Virus record (IMG/VR): IMGVR_UViG_3300035210_000190
Source of the DNA: a virus
Taxonomy: Duplodnaviria; Heunggongvirae; Uroviricota; Caudoviricetes
DNA: 64,000 bases
Direction: 5' to 3' (one strand)
Every line of letters begins with the position of its first letter. Within the stretch, counting starts at the first letter, position 1. The notes under the pieces are model-generated. The model searched no databases and was not told the DNA's origin. It worked only from the letters and a program-made list of their open reading frames with translations. This document shows, in pieces, positions 60,372 to 64,000 of the stretch. Position numbers and translations under genes: made by a program.

Positions 60372-60794
60372 ATGAACTTTAAACAAAAATCATTATTTCT
60401 ATTACTTATTATTCCTTTTACATCTTTTGCAGGATACTCAGTTAACATGCCATTAGAAAATGGTATTGGTGGAAATGGTGGAAACTTACCAAGCAACAGT
60501 ATTATTTTTTCAGATACTAATGGTGGGCCATCTATTCCGCCACCGAATCCAAATGATCCGAATAACCCAACAGACCCTAATGAAGATCCTAGAATGCAAG
60601 CTTGTCGTGACAAAGAACCACAAGTAATTGCCATAATAAATAATTATGGAACTCTTTTCCGTGAACTTCGTCCATATCATGATGAAGAAGAAAATATTGT
60701 TTATTGTACGGCGGATTATGATATCCCTGATGATCCACAACGTGATATGATTATTCAAGATTTGCTTAATATTGGTGTTGGCACAGCAATGTAA
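60372..60794 (+). CDS. secreted protein with Pro/Asn-rich linker
   Basis: Signal peptide; YSVNMPLE..GG.L..I.F; PPPNPNDP linker; Cys pair. Confidence 0.75.
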   Translation: MNFKQKSLFLLLIIPFTSFAGYSVNMPLENGIGGNGGNLPSNSIIFSDTNGGPSIPPPNPNDPNNPTDPNEDPRMQACRDKEPQVIAIINNYGTLFRELRPYHDEEENIVYCTADYDIPDDPQRDMIIQDLLNIGVGTAM

Positions 60795-60894
60795 TTATTT
60801 GTTTTATTAAAAAGGGGCTTCGGCCTCTTTTTTGTTTACACCAATCTTTAAATTTGGTACAATAGCTAACTGATTACTACAAAGGTGGTGCGAT

Positions 60895-61437
60895 TTGACA
60901 CGACAAGAACATTTAACTTTTTTCCTAAGACTTCATATTCTAGGTAGTCTTGTCGATGGTTATCATACAATTGACCTGACAGGTCTTTACGTTGATTTGA
61001 TAAAGCTTTATGCTCTTTTACTTGAAAATGATTTTGATTTTGACATTGAAACAGTGACTTATGAAGAACTTATTATGTTTGAAAACAACTTATCAAAAAA
61101 AGTAGTGAAGCCATTACATAAACGTTCAGTTGTAGGTTTATTGATTTGGCTTAAAAAGATCTATGCCTTTAATCATACAGTTGAATCGGTCTATAAAGGA
61201 AAGGCAGTCATCTTTTCTAATGCTGATAACTCTTTAATTGTAAACCATAACAACATTTCAGCGACATTTGTTATTGATGGTAACTTGTTACGTTATATTT
61301 CTTATAGTGTTGATGAAGAAGACTATGAAGTAAAAGAAACTATTCTCTTTAAACTTTCCACATTTGATCGTTTTCTTGCAAATATTGATGAGTATTATGC
61401 TTGTCAAAAATCTATTTTAGAAATGGCCCTCTATTGA
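60895..61437 (+). CDS. hypothetical protein (C-terminal MxxPhi tag)
   Basis: aaggtgg RBS before TTG; ends LEMALY. Confidence 0.75.
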   Translation: MTRQEHLTFFLRLHILGSLVDGYHTIDLTGLYVDLIKLYALLLENDFDFDIETVTYEELIMFENNLSKKVVKPLHKRSVVGLLIWLKKIYAFNHTVESVYKGKAVIFSNADNSLIVNHNNISATFVIDGNLLRYISYSVDEEDYEVKETILFKLSTFDRFLANIDEYYACQKSILEMALY

Positions 61438-61520
61438 TTTTTCTTTACACAAAAGCTTAATTTTGTTATAATTGACGAATCAAAACAAGCAACCTACCAA
61501 TATCAGAGAGAGAAATCATT

Positions 61521-61721
61521 ATGGCTGTTGCAGATTGGAAACCAGTTTATCAAGAACCAGAAGACTATGGTGTCTATTTGGTAAAAATTAAAGGCCGTGA
61601 AGGTTCTACTACGGCTCACTTTGATCATCCTAACGGCGAACGTGAATCGGGCTGGTTTGAAATGACTGCTCGTGGCTTGGTTCGAGTGGAAGCTACTCAC
61701 TGGGATTATATGCCTTCGTAA
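61521..61721 (+). CDS. small DUF551-like phage protein
   Basis: W.PV...P...G.YLV ... ATHW..MP. Confidence 0.65.
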   Translation: MAVADWKPVYQEPEDYGVYLVKIKGREGSTTAHFDHPNGERESGWFEMTARGLVRVEATHWDYMPS

Positions 61722-61841
61722 CTTGATTTATTGATGACATAGAAAGATAAAGAGGCTTCGGCCTCTTTTTTATTAAGTTGAATTTATAAACAAATAATAT
61801 ACAATACTATTATATTAACATGATTTTTTTGAAGGCTTAAA

Positions 61842-62477
61842 ATGACATTGATTGTAACAGGAATGATTGGAGAATATGCTTTTATAGCTGCTAATCGAAA
61901 TAGAAACTATGTTTATGACATGGAAAAGAAATGCATGGTGCTTACACCTTTAACAAAGAAAGAATCTAAAATATTGATTGTTAATGATGTTGTACTTGTG
62001 GGATCTTGTAATGTTGTTTTATTGAAAAAATATAACAAATATTTTTTAAGCATTGCAAAAAAAAATCCAGAAGATTTAAAAAAATATGAAAAACACTTAG
62101 ACTATTTTGGCGATAATTCAAATTTTGACCGCGTAAACTATTATATAATGTTTAGGTCTAAGACTAATAAAATTTATCAGAATTTATACTGTCAAACTGA
62201 TGATCTTTCACATGAGGCTCATCAGTTGCAACTGGTTAAAGGGGATGATTATGGTTTTTACATTGTGCCTCCTTTTGATTTGGACGGACAAGAAGTTTTT
62301 GATAGATTAGATTATCTTTTTTCTATAATGCCTGATAAATCATTACATTTTATTACCAATGCACTTAAACAGTTATATACTGAATGTAGTGATGTATCTC
62401 CATTTGTTACCTCTGGGTTTCATTTAGCAGTAATGCATAAAAAAGAGCAAGACATATTCACATTTATTGATAATTAA
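61842..62477 (+). CDS. hypothetical protein, possible Ntn-hydrolase (proteasome beta/HslV-like) fold
   Basis: MTLIV....FIAANR start, SKILIV.DVVLVG pattern. Confidence 0.5.
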   Translation: MTLIVTGMIGEYAFIAANRNRNYVYDMEKKCMVLTPLTKKESKILIVNDVVLVGSCNVVLLKKYNKYFLSIAKKNPEDLKKYEKHLDYFGDNSNFDRVNYYIMFRSKTNKIYQNLYCQTDDLSHEAHQLQLVKGDDYGFYIVPPFDLDGQEVFDRLDYLFSIMPDKSLHFITNALKQLYTECSDVSPFVTSGFHLAVMHKKEQDIFTFIDN

Positions 62478-62557
62478 GTCAATATTTAAAATCAACTAAC
62501 TTTAAATAAGTTTGCTTTATGTTATAATGATAATATCTAATAATATTATAAAAAATC

Positions 62558-64000
62558 ATGACATTAAGAGACAACTTAAGAACAGTTTCGTTATTAAAAC
62601 ATTTAAGATTTACTGATACTGTAAGGGATAATACGTTTGGAAACACTTACTTAAACTATAACGAGATGACTTTTATACCCTATTTACATAATAATAAAGC
62701 CAATAGAGTTGTTAATAAAGGTCCATCTATCAAAGATGCCATTGATAAAGTTGCTAAATTTATAAAAACTATACAAGAAACTGATCTTAACTCATTAACG
62801 ACGCCGTTCGAAGTTAATAGGTATTCAGCCAGTATTGCCATCAATGTCAATGATAATAAAAATATTAATTTGCACACATCATTACAAGCTGAAATCAATG
62901 GTGCTTGGATTGACTTCTACTGTTATGGTCAAGACAAATCAGTCAAAAAAGATCCATCTGCGATTAACCACTTTGAAGACCAACGTGAACTCATCAATCA
63001 AGTGGCAAAAGATTTAGACGCCAAACACAATGAAATTAATCGTTTTCTTTTGTTTTACTATACTTTGTCTGAACAATTACCTAAATCAATGTTACATGAA
63101 GAAGACCGATTGTATGTTGTGGCTTCGATCAATAAGTATGCGGAGCAAATGCCTGATATTAACGAATTGACATCCTTATATGATAAATACAATGATTTAA
63201 ATGCAGCCTTATTGAAAGACATCAAAGAAGCCTTGATAGCAATTAACCCAGAGACTTTCGTAACAAAGGCTGACGCTTTCATTGCAAAAGAATTACAACA
63301 GCAAGCTAATAATTCAGTTGAGAATTTCTTGGCTACCAAAATGTTTTCAGATCAGTTACTTGCCACCGTTGAATTCACAGCAGCTCAAAAAATAGAGAAA
63401 GCCTTCGTATTTGATGACAACAGTATAGCCTTCAAACGAAACAACCAGTATCATACCATCAAGGACAATGACGGACTCGCCGCTTTCATCAGTGATATTC
63501 ACCATGAAGGATTAGCCTTCATTCTCAGAAAGAAGCCTAAAACAATTAGCTTCTTCCAGAATAAATTGAAAGAAGATTTTGAGTATGGTAACTCTATCAA
63601 AGCGGCGATATCTTTCCTAGAACATTCTCAAATATTAAAACAATACAACTTTGATTTAAATAACTTTGATGATAAGAGTTTTGAATTGATTGATGACACC
63701 ATTAATAACTTGGTCTACAAAAACAAAATTAAACAGTTCGCTTACAGTATTTTGAGTGCTAAATCTAAACACCACTTCAATGAAGAGACTGAACCTTATT
63801 TTAAAGCACTTTTTGATAACGATGTGACCACTTCACAATTACAAACATTTGTGGGTAAAAAATTAGCAGCCCTTAATTCAAACGAAGATGTAATTTCTAT
63901 GTTGAATGGCATTCTTAATCATGTGGATGGCTTTACCCAAGAGGCATTAACTGAGAAGTTGGAATCGTTAGGTATACAAAAAATTCATGATGCTAATAAT
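62558..64000 (+). CDS. large protein, paralog of 36726..38585 (runs off window end)
   Basis: Open frame from ATG 62558; FDDNSIAF, KIKQFAYSILS, NEET, VGKKLAA match the PcfJ-domain protein. Confidence 0.8.
   Translation, partial: MTLRDNLRTVSLLKHLRFTDTVRDNTFGNTYLNYNEMTFIPYLHNNKANRVVNKGPSIKDAIDKVAKFIKTIQETDLNSLTTPFEVNRYSASIAINVNDNKNINLHTSLQAEINGAWIDFYCYGQDKSVKKDPSAINHFEDQRELINQVAKDLDAKHNEINRFLLFYYTLSEQLPKSMLHEEDRLYVVASINKYAEQMPDINELTSLYDKYNDLNAALLKDIKEALIAINPETFVTKADAFIAKELQQQANNSVENFLATKMFSDQLLATVEFTAAQKIEKAFVFDDNSIAFKRNNQYHTIKDNDGLAAFISDIHHEGLAFILRKKPKTISFFQNKLKEDFEYGNSIKAAISFLEHSQILKQYNFDLNNFDDKSFELIDDTINNLVYKNKIKQFAYSILSAKSKHHFNEETEPYFKALFDNDVTTSQLQTFVGKKLAALNSNEDVISMLNGILNHVDGFTQEALTEKLESLGIQKIHDANN

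Noticed and set aside
1-64000. Alternative genetic code (stop codon reassignment)
   Set aside because: Genes are intact under code 11, all three stops end genes before terminators, and no suppressor tRNA is seen.

Overview
This is an AT-rich, gene-dense accessory region of a large mobile replicon, either a jumbo phage or a megaplasmid. The window has no capsid, replication or housekeeping operons to settle which. A Pseudomonas-like host is suggested by an SCP2 protein resembling pseudomonad ones. Most of the ~105 ORFs are + strand cassettes, each with a sigma70-like (TG)nTATAAT promoter and an intrinsic terminator, and many are hypothetical or tandem paralogs. Recognisable RNA genes are a bacterial SRP (4.5S) RNA and four tRNAs (Arg-UCU, 2x Leu-UAA, Gly-UCC). 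Recognisable proteins are Pth2, a GNAT, SMI1/KNR4 and Imm22 immunity proteins, MmcQ/YjbR, SCP2, a 2H phosphoesterase (Acb1-like), MYG1, a lytic transglycosylase, a DEDDh exonuclease, an RLIG1/DUF5565-like RNA ligase, PcfJ-like paralogs, and a non-autonomous IS200/IS605 element with a large TnpB. The most interesting signals are: (1) a shared C-terminal tag (hydrophobic-x-M-x-x-hydrophobic-COOH) on at least nine proteins from about six unrelated families; (2) an element-encoded SRP RNA; (3) a 2 kb integrase-free insert flanked by a duplicated RNA ligase 3' end; (4) stand-alone, catalytically incomplete ATPase fragments that may be decoys; (5) several structured RNAs next to the tRNAs; (6) a frameshifted secreted toxin-immunity pair. 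All protein assignments come from motif recognition by eye, not database searches. Several start codons were moved downstream of the ORF track's to match RBS positions.
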